Source of the DNA: a virus | Taxonomy: Duplodnaviria; Caudoviricetes | Direction: 5' to 3' (one strand) | DNA length: 35,636 bases | IMG/VR virus record: IMGVR_UViG_3300005837_001107 | Location: 1-35,636 of that record | Shown here: piece after piece, positions 7,865-17,300 of the stretch | How positions within the stretch are numbered: the first letter of the stretch is position 1 | Layout: the number at the start of each line of letters is the position of its first letter | Position numbers and translations under genes: made by a program | The notes under the pieces: model-generated | Told to the model about the DNA's origin: nothing | Databases searched by the model: none | Seen by the model: the letters and a program-made list of their open reading frames with translations, nothing else

Positions 7865-8553
7865 ATAAGCCGTCCCGTACCGACCCTGACGTAACCTTTA
7901 ACGGCTCCGTACTCCAATGTCGCTTTGTTAAAAACAAATCCCCAACACATTATGTTTCTCGTATCTGTCTCCGACAAATCGTCTGGGAATGGGTATCTCA
8001 GTCCTTTGACTTCGCAAAAATCCTTTATCTTTTGTATCTCAACACCTGACACATAGTAATCGACCCAGTCGGACATGCTTTTGTCAGGGCTGTGAGTAGT
8101 CGCAAAAAACTGATCAATACCCCTTGGCAACTCGGGCCTACCGCAATTAATGTTTTTAACGACGCATTTGAACATCACTTTATCTTTGGTGAGATCAAAC
8201 TTCAGGCCATACCAAGGCATCAAATTTCTTGCCTCTTCTGAGACACCGTATTGTTCACGTAAAGATGAAGCAGGTTTTGAAAACATGGCGTAAAAGCTGA
8301 CGCTTGAGTTTTCGTATGGCTCCCGATACGCATCGTATGAGCCTATTATGTTGGAGCGGCTAAAAGGTAAACCTGAGTAATCTGGATAAGCTGACGTTAC
8401 CTTTGAGCAAAGAGCTTCCCCCTCACTGGATTTCATGGGGTAGTCTTGTCGAACTAGTTTCTTATCGACATATATGTCATCTCTGCCGTCAGGATCTGTA
8501 TGCCAACTACCCTCTAAATGAGATTTCAGATTTCTTGGCCCAACCTTAATCAT
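7861..8553 (-). CDS. Hypothetical protein, paralogue A of a tandem pair
   Basis: Start moved to the ATG at 8553 (GGAG RBS, 1 nt after the upstream stop). 230 aa, colinear with 7235..7864. Confidence 0.85.
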   Translation of the reverse strand: MIKVGPRNLKSHLEGSWHTDPDGRDDIYVDKKLVRQDYPMKSSEGEALCSKVTSAYPDYSGLPFSRSNIIGSYDAYREPYENSSVSFYAMFSKPASSLREQYGVSEEARNLMPWYGLKFDLTKDKVMFKCVVKNINCGRPELPRGIDQFFATTHSPDKSMSDWVDYYVSGVEIQKIKDFCEVKGLRYPFPDDLSETDTRNIMCWGFVFNKATLEYGAVKGYVRVGTGRLI

Positions 8554-8554
8554 G

Positions 8555-8914
8555 CTATTGCTCCGGAATTGCAGTAACGTCTTTTTCTTCAACGTCTTTT
8601 AGCGCCATTTTTACTGCCAATTCAGCTTCGTGATGTGGTCTTAAAAACTCGTCAATAAATTCGTCGCCGCCCTGCTGATCAAAAGCCATCTGTAATATCT
8701 GCTGTTGCGTTAGATCAATAAACTCAACGAAATTGTCAGGCAGTGAGTCGGTATCTAATATTGTTTCAAGTCCTGCAACGCTCCAAACCTGTTCAGGATA
8801 AGTAGTGTCAAAAAAGTTGATCTCCCACTGAACAACTTTGCAGATATCAGTTTTTCCGTCTTGTTCTGTGATTGTTTTCAGTGCGACTAGAGTCGCGGCA
8901 TAATCAATGTTCAT
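8555..8914 (-). CDS. Fibre-associated acidic protein (probable chaperone)
   Basis: Start moved to the ATG at 8914 (TAATG coupling). 119 aa with DICKVVQW...NFVEFIDLTQQQIL, a pattern seen after fibre genes. Confidence 0.6.
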   Translation of the reverse strand: MNIDYAATLVALKTITEQDGKTDICKVVQWEINFFDTTYPEQVWSVAGLETILDTDSLPDNFVEFIDLTQQQILQMAFDQQGGDEFIDEFLRPHHEAELAVKMALKDVEEKDVTAIPEQ

Positions 8915-9375
8915 TAGTTTTGGCCTCCATAAAACTGACTCATGGAAATCGTGCCTGAGTTCGGGATGCCAGTGTTTATGTTCGTAGTAGTGGTTGAAGT
9001 AGACGTAGTTGATTGTTGGCGGTGTATACGATACTGAGAGATGCCGTAATTCGACGATACAAGCGCGCCTCTGTAGTACGTCCACCCACCTGCTGTTGTT
9101 GAAGTGAGAGTGTATGAACCGCCATTCACAACGTTAGTACCGTTCCACATAAGATATATACCACTCGTAGTTAACCAATAAGTGCTACCGGCGACGTAAG
9201 TAGTCCCTGAAGATGGTTGTCGGGTTGTAGTCGTGGTCGTGGTCGTTACCGTGTAAATACTCGGGACGTAGCTACCGTTACGATAGTACTCGTTGATACC
9301 GATCGGATTAGAACCCCCGAAATGACTTTGCAACTGGGCAAACGAGATCGAGCCTGACGTATGCAAGAAGGCCAT
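8914..9375 (-). CDS. Putative fibre-tip adhesin / small receptor-binding protein
   Basis: SGSISFAQLQSHFGGSNPIGINEYYR N-terminus and IPNSGTISMSQFYG C-terminus, with an aromatic/Gly-rich insert between two Thr tracts. Confidence 0.6.
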   Translation of the reverse strand: MAFLHTSGSISFAQLQSHFGGSNPIGINEYYRNGSYVPSIYTVTTTTTTTTRQPSSGTTYVAGSTYWLTTSGIYLMWNGTNVVNGGSYTLTSTTAGGWTYYRGALVSSNYGISQYRIHRQQSTTSTSTTTTNINTGIPNSGTISMSQFYGGQN

Positions 9376-9650
9376 TAGGCAAGGACACCGTTCGACATTT
9401 TGTTACCCACGCCCATCGCAACTTCACCAATGCGTACCGCAGTAGCGTCTGCGTCATAGTTACCGTCAGCGTCAAAGCAAACATTGACTGCTCTTTCGTA
9501 CGTCTTATCGGTTTCGCTACAGGTGAATCGCACTTTAATATCGCTCACAGACGCAGTTTCGGTAACGACTTGCCCTTCGTTTTCCATATCGGCCATTTCA
9601 TAGGTGCGTGAACCTGTAAATTCTTCTAAAAGTTTGTATGTTATTGGCAT
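9375..9650 (-). CDS. Hypothetical fibre-associated protein
   Basis: Start moved to the ATG at 9650 (AGGAG RBS). 91 aa, TAATG-coupled to the next gene. Confidence 0.7.
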   Translation of the reverse strand: MPITYKLLEEFTGSRTYEMADMENEGQVVTETASVSDIKVRFTCSETDKTYERAVNVCFDADGNYDADATAVRIGEVAMGVGNKMSNGVLA

Positions 9651-9687
9651 ATTATTGCTCCTAATATGCTTGCGGGTGCAATTCGCA

Positions 9688-9870
9688 TTATTGATTCGCG
9701 TCAAATACAGATTTAGATACTTCTTCGTAATCTTTAACAGGTTTTGAATACGCATCTAAAGCAACAGGCAAAAGTTCTGCTTCGTCTTCTGCTTGACAGT
9801 ATACGACCTCAGTATCCTCTAAGTTTATAGGGGGGCCTGGGTTAAACAGGGTAGCTTTAAAGTATTTCAT
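9688..9870 (-). CDS. Hypothetical 60-aa acidic protein
   Basis: ATGA overlap with the fibre gene and an AAGGA RBS. Fills the gap in the operon. Confidence 0.65.
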   Translation of the reverse strand: MKYFKATLFNPGPPINLEDTEVVYCQAEDEAELLPVALDAYSKPVKDYEEVSKSVFDANQ

Positions 9871-11642
9871 TCCTTGTCCTCTAAAAGTTTTTTCAAAGTA
9901 TCAATTTGTTCTTGCTGTTCTTTTATAGCTTCTACTAGCAAAGGAACCATTTTCTCATATTGCACTGTTAGAAATTCTTCTCCAGATTTACTTTGATTTG
10001 GCTTTGTTAAGTCGTGATCAAAAGGTGCTCTTTTAATTGCAGATGGCATTACTTTTTGTACTTCTTGAGCTATCAATCCTGCATCATCTTTTTCTTGATC
10101 TGGAATAAAATCATGCTTTTCCATCATGTCTTTTCGCCAATCAAATAGGAAACCGCCTATAGATTTTACTTTTTCAACCGCATTTTCTATGGGTCTAAAG
10201 TTCTCTTTTAGTCGCCTATCGGAAGTGTAAGCATAAATATTATTAGTTGCCCTTACATGACTGTCACCATTACCCACACTGAACAACATAGTATTTGTTC
10301 TGCTTGGGTGGTCTGCATAGAATCTAGTGCCTCCATAGGATGTATATCCTCCAATGCGTACACCTGTATGGAAGCCTAAGATTAAATCGGGGTATGGATG
10401 TGACCAAGCTCCTGCAATCTGATATCCAAAGCCATAGCTGATATACCCTGAGTTAGTATTCTGCCCTGACGTTCCTGTAGTGAAATATCCTTTTTGTGTA
10501 ATCCCAACATTATTACCAATAGTCGTACCGGTATCAGTTCTAACAAAACTTGATCCGTGTATACCATCAACAGTATCCGCATCTAGACCAGAGCCTGAGC
10601 CATCGTTGCCTGAATCCCACACGGTTCTCCAACCTTGCGGAGAATTATTGTGTATATGTTGAGTATAAATGGCCCCATCATTTGAGCCTGTCATCCTCAT
10701 TGCAATCGTGTTGCTGTAGTAGTTGTATGGATTACCGTGACCCATCCGAATGCTGTTATGCCAATCAGTGGAGGGGGCAAGTCTGGTGTCCGTCTGACTA
10801 GCCGCTTGCTGATATTCCAGAACGCTACTGGGCGACCCTGTAGTAGCAAAGGCAGACCCCGATACAGCGTTAGCGGTGTAAGACGTTGATCCCGCAGGAC
10901 CAGTTGCACCAGTAGCACCAGTAGCACCTGTAGCTCCCGTAGCACCTGTCGGACCTTGTGGGCCAGTTGCACCTTGTGGGCCAGTTGCACCTTGTGGCCC
11001 TGTCGCACCTTGTGGGCCAGTTGCGCCAGTGGCTCCATCGTTACCATCAGCACCTGCGGGGCCAGTAGGCCCTGCTGGACCTTGTGGGCCTGTAGCACCA
11101 TCTGCGCCATCTGCACCTGCCGCTCCCGTTGCACCTTGTGGCCCTGTCGCACCTTGTGGGCCAGTAGCTCCATCTGCTCCGTCAGCACCTGCCGCTCCGG
11201 TAGCACCTTGTGGCCCTTGCAAGGCGACGTTGGCAATAGTGCCTAGCTCCCATGTGCTTGAAGACTCATCGTAGTACGCGATCAGGTCAGTGCTAACCGC
11301 ATCTGTCCCCGTGGGAAACTCGCTTAAAGCCGCGCCAACGTCAGTTGCTTCGTTTAAGCCTGCGGCAGTCAGACGAAGCTCGCACTTATCACTAGCACTG
11401 AATGCCCGTGCAGAGGTTCCATCTTGAGCCCTGACAACTGTCAGTGTATTCCCGCTGACCGCAGTAACCTTGACGATCTCAAGTAGGTCAAGATCGCTGC
11501 TTACTACAAGCGTCGCGTAAAAGTATTCACTGCCAGAAATAGACGGGAATACAGAACCGTCCGCTACCGTGATTGATGTAGCGGAGCTGGTGGCAGCCGA
11601 CGACAACGTCGTCTTGGCGTTGTTCGAAAACTTAACGGACAT
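9867..11642 (-). CDS. Collagen-like tail fibre with a C-terminal intramolecular chaperone (peptidase S74)
   Basis: N-terminal [10 protein letters not shown] anchor, 36 Gly-X-Y triplets, [13 protein letters not shown] motif, and [10 protein letters not shown]...[26 protein letters not shown]. Confidence 0.92.
   Translation of the reverse strand: MSVKFSNNAKTTLSSAATSSATSITVADGSVFPSISGSEYFYATLVVSSDLDLLEIVKVTAVSGNTLTVVRAQDGTSARAFSASDKCELRLTAAGLNEATDVGAALSEFPTGTDAVSTDLIAYYDESSSTWELGTIANVALQGPQGATGAAGADGADGATGPQGATGPQGATGAAGADGADGATGPQGPAGPTGPAGADGNDGATGATGPQGATGPQGATGPQGATGPQGPTGATGATGATGATGATGPAGSTSYTANAVSGSAFATTGSPSSVLEYQQAASQTDTRLAPSTDWHNSIRMGHGNPYNYYSNTIAMRMTGSNDGAIYTQHIHNNSPQGWRTVWDSGNDGSGSGLDADTVDGIHGSSFVRTDTGTTIGNNVGITQKGYFTTGTSGQNTNSGYISYGFGYQIAGAWSHPYPDLILGFHTGVRIGGYTSYGGTRFYADHPSRTNTMLFSVGNGDSHVRATNNIYAYTSDRRLKENFRPIENAVEKVKSIGGFLFDWRKDMMEKHDFIPDQEKDDAGLIAQEVQKVMPSAIKRAPFDHDLTKPNQSKSGEEFLTVQYEKMVPLLVEAIKEQQEQIDTLKKLLEDKE
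10893..11216 (-). repeat. Collagen (Gly-X-Y)36 coding repeat
   Basis: Uninterrupted [12 protein letters not shown] triplets with 9- and 18-bp periodicity such as ccttgtgggccagttgca. Confidence 0.95.
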
Positions 11643-11654
11643 CTAAAACCTCTC

Positions 11655-12080
11655 TTAGGAAGCGGTAATAGTCCAGGTAATGGTCATCGCATCAGATGCG
11701 CCTTTGTTAACCACGCTGAACACGGTACGGCACAACATAGTGCCGCTCGACGAAGCGTTTAATATTCCAGCTTCAGTCAAAGCACCTGTCCCAGTTCCTG
11801 ATGGGTAAGTAGCTACATAAGTAATTTCGTTGTTGTTGACAGTAGTACTAGTCAACGCAACTCGAGCTGCTTCAGAACCGAGAGCAGAGTCGCCAGCTGC
11901 AGCGGCGGTAGAGCCCGTACCAACAGCCATATGGCTCATTGCGCCTTCGGTAGTGTCTTTCATCCGAGATGCAACGTAGTTTTTTCCTGTGGTGACGACG
12001 AGGTTCGGGATTTCTTGAACCACTTCATCGTTAATAGCGACACTAACGTGGCCGACTAATTTGAATCCTGAGTTGAACAT
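11655..12080 (-). CDS. Virion structural protein (fibre/collar-associated)
   Basis: NLVVTTGK..MAVGTGSTAAAAGDSALGSE..ALTEAGILNA..MLCRTVF..VNK pattern, common before fibre genes. Confidence 0.65.
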   Translation of the reverse strand: MFNSGFKLVGHVSVAINDEVVQEIPNLVVTTGKNYVASRMKDTTEGAMSHMAVGTGSTAAAAGDSALGSEAARVALTSTTVNNNEITYVATYPSGTGTGALTEAGILNASSSGTMLCRTVFSVVNKGASDAMTITWTITAS

Positions 12081-12091
12081 GTCAAAAACCT

Positions 12092-12931
12092 CTAAGAGTT
12101 AAGTGTGAAAGTGTTAAGTGCCGAGCTGTTCAGCACGGCTTGGTTTGAACTAATTAAGTTAATTGCAACGCTGTCTGACAACGTTACTGAGTCACTCGCA
12201 GGTAAATCGACCGAAAACGAAAAACTGTCAGTAAGCGAGGTACTGTCAGCAAACGGCTTTTCGACTGCGAATGTCTGTGTATCCGTAAAGCCAAATACGT
12301 TCGTCTTGGCGGCGCTGGTGTCTTTAGTAAACGCATCGACAGTCGCTGCATCATCAAGCGTGAATGCATCTGTAAACGCTCTGCTAAAGGTAGCTACCCG
12401 ACTAAACGTATCGTTTATCGATAAGCTATCAGCCGCTGGTTTGCTCAGTGCCAGAGCGGCGGATTCCAGAATAGAAACTGAGTCGGCCTTGGCCACATCG
12501 AGCGCAAACGCTGTTAGTTCGCTGAACGACAACGTCTCTGCTACGCCTTTATCAACGGCCAGCACACTTACGTCTGCTAACGTGTATGCATCCGAGAAAT
12601 CCCGCTCAATAATCAGCAAAATGTCTACCACTTCGCTAAACGAAAGCTGATCTGCTATGCCTTTCGTGACATCAAATATCTGCTGATCACTAAACCCAAA
12701 TGAATCTAACGTCACCTTTTGAGGGTGTAGTGATGCCTGCTCAGAAAGAGAGAAAGCCTCATCACGGAAGTATCTGTTCTTCGTGTCAGGGTCTAAAACA
12801 ACTTCTGTAGCTTGCGCTTCTACCCAAGTGATCGACCCGTTTACAAGCTGGTATGCTGTTTCCGCTTCGATCTGTACGACAGAAACGTCGGCGCTAGGCT
12901 CGAGAAACGTAATGTCGACCTTGTTCGCCAT
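12092..12931 (-). CDS. Structural protein with about 11 tandem ~18-aa repeats
   Basis: Repeats of D-S-h-S-h-S-D-x-x-x-h-x-h-x-K-x-h-A, e.g. DSFGFSDQQIFDVTKGIA and DSTSLTDSFSFSVDLPAS. Confidence 0.75.
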   Translation of the reverse strand: MANKVDITFLEPSADVSVVQIEAETAYQLVNGSITWVEAQATEVVLDPDTKNRYFRDEAFSLSEQASLHPQKVTLDSFGFSDQQIFDVTKGIADQLSFSEVVDILLIIERDFSDAYTLADVSVLAVDKGVAETLSFSELTAFALDVAKADSVSILESAALALSKPAADSLSINDTFSRVATFSRAFTDAFTLDDAATVDAFTKDTSAAKTNVFGFTDTQTFAVEKPFADSTSLTDSFSFSVDLPASDSVTLSDSVAINLISSNQAVLNSSALNTFTLNS

Positions 12932-13305
12932 CAGTCAAAGTCACTCCGTACTTTGAACTTGATCAGGTCATACACGGTCTGAATGCCGCCGCTTGAAAAA
13001 GTGATCTCCAGTTCACCCTCGAATGTGCCAGCGGTGTCTAAAGTGCCAGCTGGGAAATCAGTAATAACTTTGCCATTTGTGCCATCAGATACGGTGCATG
13101 TAAGTGTTGATTTAACAGTAGTGCTACCTAATTCTCTGAGGCGTAATTTGACTGAGGCACCTGTAACATCGATAGGAGCCCAGGTTGTGCTGTCATTGCT
13201 ATCGAGCGTTTTGCCTGACGCGGCGGTTTGGCTGTCTCTCAACGTGAAAGTCAGCTCTGGTAGCGTGTCGCCTGTAACTAATTTTAGTGTCTGTAAATAC
13301 GCCAT
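12931..13305 (-). CDS. BppU N-terminal-like Ig-fold structural protein
   Basis: GDTLPELTFTLRD..PIDVTGASVKL..DGTNGKV..LDTAGTFEGELEITF..IQT. Confidence 0.65.
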   Translation of the reverse strand: MAYLQTLKLVTGDTLPELTFTLRDSQTAASGKTLDSNDSTTWAPIDVTGASVKLRLRELGSTTVKSTLTCTVSDGTNGKVITDFPAGTLDTAGTFEGELEITFSSGGIQTVYDLIKFKVRSDFD

Positions 13306-13328
13306 TTCGTCTACCTATAGGTTTGTTG

Positions 13329-13357
13329 ATTATATTAGCTACGCTAATACTTGTACA
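13329..13357 (-). promoter_or_regulatory. Internal promoter with perfect operator TATTAGC-TAC-GCTAATA (13333-13349)
   Basis: Minus strand TGTACA-17-TATAAT, with the palindrome filling the spacer and overlapping the -10. Intergenic, before the fibre module. Confidence 0.65.
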
Positions 13358-13360
13358 CCA

Positions 13361-13708
13361 TTAATAACACCAGAGGACCGGAGTAGTGTCTCTGATATCC
13401 ACATGAACAAAGCCTTTGGCTACGCCAACGCCTCCAAAGCCAAGCTCAAGTGCCTTCTCGGCCAGTAGTCTTCGCTGTACGCCGCCTTGTACAGCTATAT
13501 CTGCGGCCAGCCCAGTGGCGTGCATTCCTGGTTTTGACTTGGCTTTTTCAATACTGTGATCTTTACTTCTGTACCCACTCGTTATGTAGAAGGGAAAACC
13601 GCAAGCCTCTCTTAGCTCGTCTAAACGATGTATAAACGCCTCAGACATCTGGTTCTCACCAGTCTCTTGGCAGTCAAAGTCCGTAATTTTGAAATACTTA
13701 AACATCAC
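13361..13708 (-). CDS. Endolysin, peptidase M15A family
   Basis: Zinc-peptidase motifs ITSGYRS..H, MHATGLAADI and GFVHVDIR. Confidence 0.88.
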   Translation of the reverse strand: MMFKYFKITDFDCQETGENQMSEAFIHRLDELREACGFPFYITSGYRSKDHSIEKAKSKPGMHATGLAADIAVQGGVQRRLLAEKALELGFGGVGVAKGFVHVDIRDTTPVLWCY

Positions 13709-13989
13709 TAGTCCCTAAACATGTAAACAACTGCGCCCACCAAAGCAGCCCAAATTGATGCAACGATGCCTTGCCCGACCTTTACGACCTGACTGTTAGT
13801 CCTGACTTCGCCTTCAACCTCTTCGATCTTCTTCTCGTTCTCGTCGAGACGATGCTCGTGGCGCTTAAGGCGTGCGTCTGTACCTATCAGCTTTTCTTCG
13901 ACACGGGCGACGTTAGTCAGTACTTCAGTCAGCTTGTCGATCTTTACTTCAAGACGGTCGAACCGCCGGTTTGTTTCAGGGTCGGTCAT
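13708..13989 (-). CDS. Small coiled-coil protein with a C-terminal TM helix (holin/antiholin-like)
   Basis: 93 aa, RFDRLEVKIDKL coiled coil plus IVASIWAALVGAVVYMF. Lies in the lysis cassette. Confidence 0.55.
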   Translation of the reverse strand: MTDPETNRRFDRLEVKIDKLTEVLTNVARVEEKLIGTDARLKRHEHRLDENEKKIEEVEGEVRTNSQVVKVGQGIVASIWAALVGAVVYMFRD

Positions 13990-14363
13990 TTGCGCATTCC
14001 CATAAGTTTCGATGCGCCCTTAATTCCGAACGAACTAGAGATCGCGATAAATAGCAGGTACTGATACCACTCAGGCAGATCGTTAAGCGTTGAGAATGCT
14101 TGACGCACACGATCTACAACCGTCATGTCATTGGCTATGATTGCGTAGCCGACCATGAATATTGGCACAGCTAATATTATAGTCCAAAACTCGTCTTTCC
14201 ACGAGCTGCCAGAAGCGTCTGCCATCTTCGCTTCCCAGTCTGCGTCGTTCTGGATAACGTTCATTTTGGCTTCGTGTTTAGCCTGTTTTTCTGCGGCCTT
14301 GTTGCTTAGGTAGGTCTTACCTAAATCTGCAACAGGGCCAAGTAACGCTGTAAATATGCTCAT
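13986..14363 (-). CDS. Putative holin
   Basis: Start moved to the ATG at 14363 (ATGA overlap). 125 aa with SWKDEFWTIIL and LPEWYQYLLFIAISSSFGIK TM segments, upstream of the endolysin. Confidence 0.65.
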   Translation of the reverse strand: MSIFTALLGPVADLGKTYLSNKAAEKQAKHEAKMNVIQNDADWEAKMADASGSSWKDEFWTIILAVPIFMVGYAIIANDMTVVDRVRQAFSTLNDLPEWYQYLLFIAISSSFGIKGASKLMGMRK

Positions 14364-17300
14364 AGTACGGTCCTCGCGATCGCTCCAACGCCTAATATGA
14401 CGCCAGCTTGTTCTTGCGGAGAGTTCATACGAGACCATGCGCCATCTATCGGGCCGTCCCGCAACGTTTTATCTACAAGCTCAGCTGTTGGGCCGAGCAT
14501 TGTTGCTAGTGCTGAGCCGCCCCAATCACCAGAACGCTGAGCCATAGTCAGCATTCCAAGAGGGCCATCCAGACCAGCTCTGCTAAATAACTCTATAAAG
14601 TAGGTGCCATAATCCATTTGATCCGATCGTAAGTACCTAAAGCTGCCATCAATCCCTGGTAGCGCAAAAGAAAGTCCCACTTTTGCGTATTCACGTAGCT
14701 CTAATCCAAGAGCCGCAAGTGGCATAAACGCCGCCATTGTAAGAACCATTAGTGGGCCCATTGCCGCAACAAAGCCTTTCCCTTCAAAAGTTCTTGTATG
14801 TGCTTCGCGCAATACGCCGTCTAGAATTACTTTGTTGAATGCGTAGATAAATGACTTTAGCTGCCAAACTAGTGCAAACCGCGGGTCTGAAGCCCATATA
14901 GGGCGCTCACCTGCGTTGGGGCGTAATACAGAGCTTTCAACAAATCGTTGGAGCGCCGCTCTTACTGCCTCACCTTCTTCAGTAGTGAAAGATTGGTCGC
15001 CTTCATTCCAAGCGCGCACTTGTTCAGCTGTGACGCCCATTTGGTTTAGATATCTCTCTGATCGCTCGGTTGGGTGATAGGCGTGCTCAATTAAGAACTG
15101 CTTACCCATACCCGTCGAAAACTCTCGAGACAGCGTTGTTAAGAACTGTAGGCCCGTCCATTGGAAGAACTTGTCAGTAGCCTGACGAGCCGTCGGGTCA
15201 AGCATGTCGCTATCGGCTTGTGACATCCACGCATTAGCCGCTGCTTCTGGCATTACCACGCCAATGTCATTTGCGAGTCGTTTAGCTTGCTCCCTGTTTT
15301 GAATCTGGTTCACTATTTCTTTAGCGGCCATACCAAAACCTTTGAACTCTCTGGTCTGCACAATAGAGCCAGCAAAGTCAGGTATCGAGGCTAACGTGGC
15401 AAATGGCAGTAGAGTTACAAGGTTCATGGTTGCCAGATAACTATTCGTCTTTCGCCAGAACGGCGATAAGTGAGTAACGTTACCTACATAGGCATTTATC
15501 ACGGATTGGGCTACTTCCTTCTCGCGCGGCGTCATTTCTTCAAGTAAAGCCCCTAGCTTGTCCTCGCCGTTAGGGCCTTTCATTGCTCTGTTCCATTCAA
15601 CGCGCTTAGTAACGTTATCCACGTATTTCATTAACGCTACTTCTGGGTCCATCAGATATCCGGTATCGCGTAGTAACCCTCTATCTATGTTTTTAGTTAG
15701 CTCAATTGAAGCTTCAGCAACAGCCCCAGGGTCAAGTATGTCCTCGCTTTCCGGTGTGCCACCCTGATCAACAACGGCTTGGTATTTCACAAGGCGATTG
15801 ACTGACTTTTTCAATGCCTTCATGTCAGTTTCGACGCCAGCAGCATTGTTCGCTTCGACGACCATTTCTATAAATGTATCTGGGTCAGCGGCAATTTCCG
15901 CGAGCTCGAGGAGTACTGGGAAGTAGTTCTCGCGGAAGTCGATCTCTGAATTAGATGGAGCTATGTAGTCCTCATGCATACGTTGCAAATAATTTCTAAC
16001 CGCAACGGCTTTCGGATTTTTAAGTTCGCTAGTGGGAGTACTGCTTTGCGCTTCTTTCAGAGCATCTTGTACTTCGTCAGTAGTCCAATCTTTACCCAAA
16101 ACCTCAAATAAACCAGCACGCCACTTATCCCGCGCTAACTGTCTTGCTTGCGCAAAACCCAATCCGCTTCTGTCAAAAGATCTTACGTAGAAGAGGTCTG
16201 CTAACTCGTCACCACCTACCATCCGGAGCATGCCATCCGCAGTTCTTATAATTCCCAATATCTGAGTTGCCCAAGGATTATTGTTCGCGAACTCTCGACT
16301 AAAGTTTTCCAAGAACTTTCTAAACTCTGCCTCGAGCGCGGCGGCACCAGTCTCAATGTTAATCTGCTCTTTGATGGCTTTGACAAACGCTTTCTGCTCA
16401 AACGGAGGCTCGTCGGGCTCTGGCATGCCATCAATGTTAGGCGGGGGTGGGGGTGGTGTTCCGCCACCTTGACCACCACCTGTAGCTGCTTCGTATTGCT
16501 CTTGCATACGCTCCTCGAAACGCGGGTCGAGGTCAGCTTTCGGAGGTGTGTAGAAAGGGTTTTCTTGTCCTTGTTGTAGTGCGTCTACCAAGTCCGATAG
16601 CAAATCGTTCCCACCTTGCGTGTTTGGTGCGCCTTTAGGGTTCTGGTTATACCAACCAGCTTCTTGCAACGCGGTAAACATATCGTCAATAGACAAGCCA
16701 TTATTAGTAAAAACAAACTTACTACCGACGCGCTCTCGGTAATAATCTCTTAGGCCATCTCTTTCAACAGACTCACGGCTTATCCCACCTCGAGCGGCAA
16801 TAGCGGCTAACAGGCCATCTTCATCTCTAGGGGTAAAGTTTTTCTTAGCTTGCTTACGGCGGCGAACAGTTTGTGCGCCTTGTCTAGCAAGCTCATCCCT
16901 CTGTTCTTGGGCTTGTTCAGTAGTAGGCTGTGACGCTCCCATAGCCGACGCAGATCCGACCATATTTCCATCGTCGTCATAGATCGGGTTAGCAACTACC
17001 TCACGCGTACCCTCACGGGTTTCCATAACTGAGTCCATGTAAGTACTAAACTCAGGGGCCACCGTATTTGTTCGACGGAAGATCGCGCTGTTTTTCACAT
17101 CGCGCCATAACTGCTTAAAGCGATTGGCGATTCTTTTAAAGTGGCTATCGACAGCGTTCTTAGCACCACGCTTGTCTTTAGTCATATCTTTCTTGATCCA
17201 CGCAGCTATTTGGTCTGCGTACCACTCTTCGAAACCGAATTTACCTTTGTACTGTTTTGTCGAGCCTTTCTTGGCTCTGTCTCGAATAAACCGTTCTGAC

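Noticed and set aside
7235-8553. Diversity-generating retroelement template/variable repeat pair
   Set aside because: Both copies are full ORFs diverged at all base types rather than only at adenines, and there is no reverse transcriptase in the window.
8555-9755. Long N-terminal extensions in the ORF track (8592, 9085, 9755; likewise 14438, 25573, 35347)
   Set aside because: They overlap upstream genes extensively. Downstream ATGs with an RBS or stop-start coupling are better starts.
10893-11216. CRISPR-like array or VNTR
   Set aside because: The periodicity is fully explained by in-frame collagen triplets. There are no unique spacers and no cas genes.
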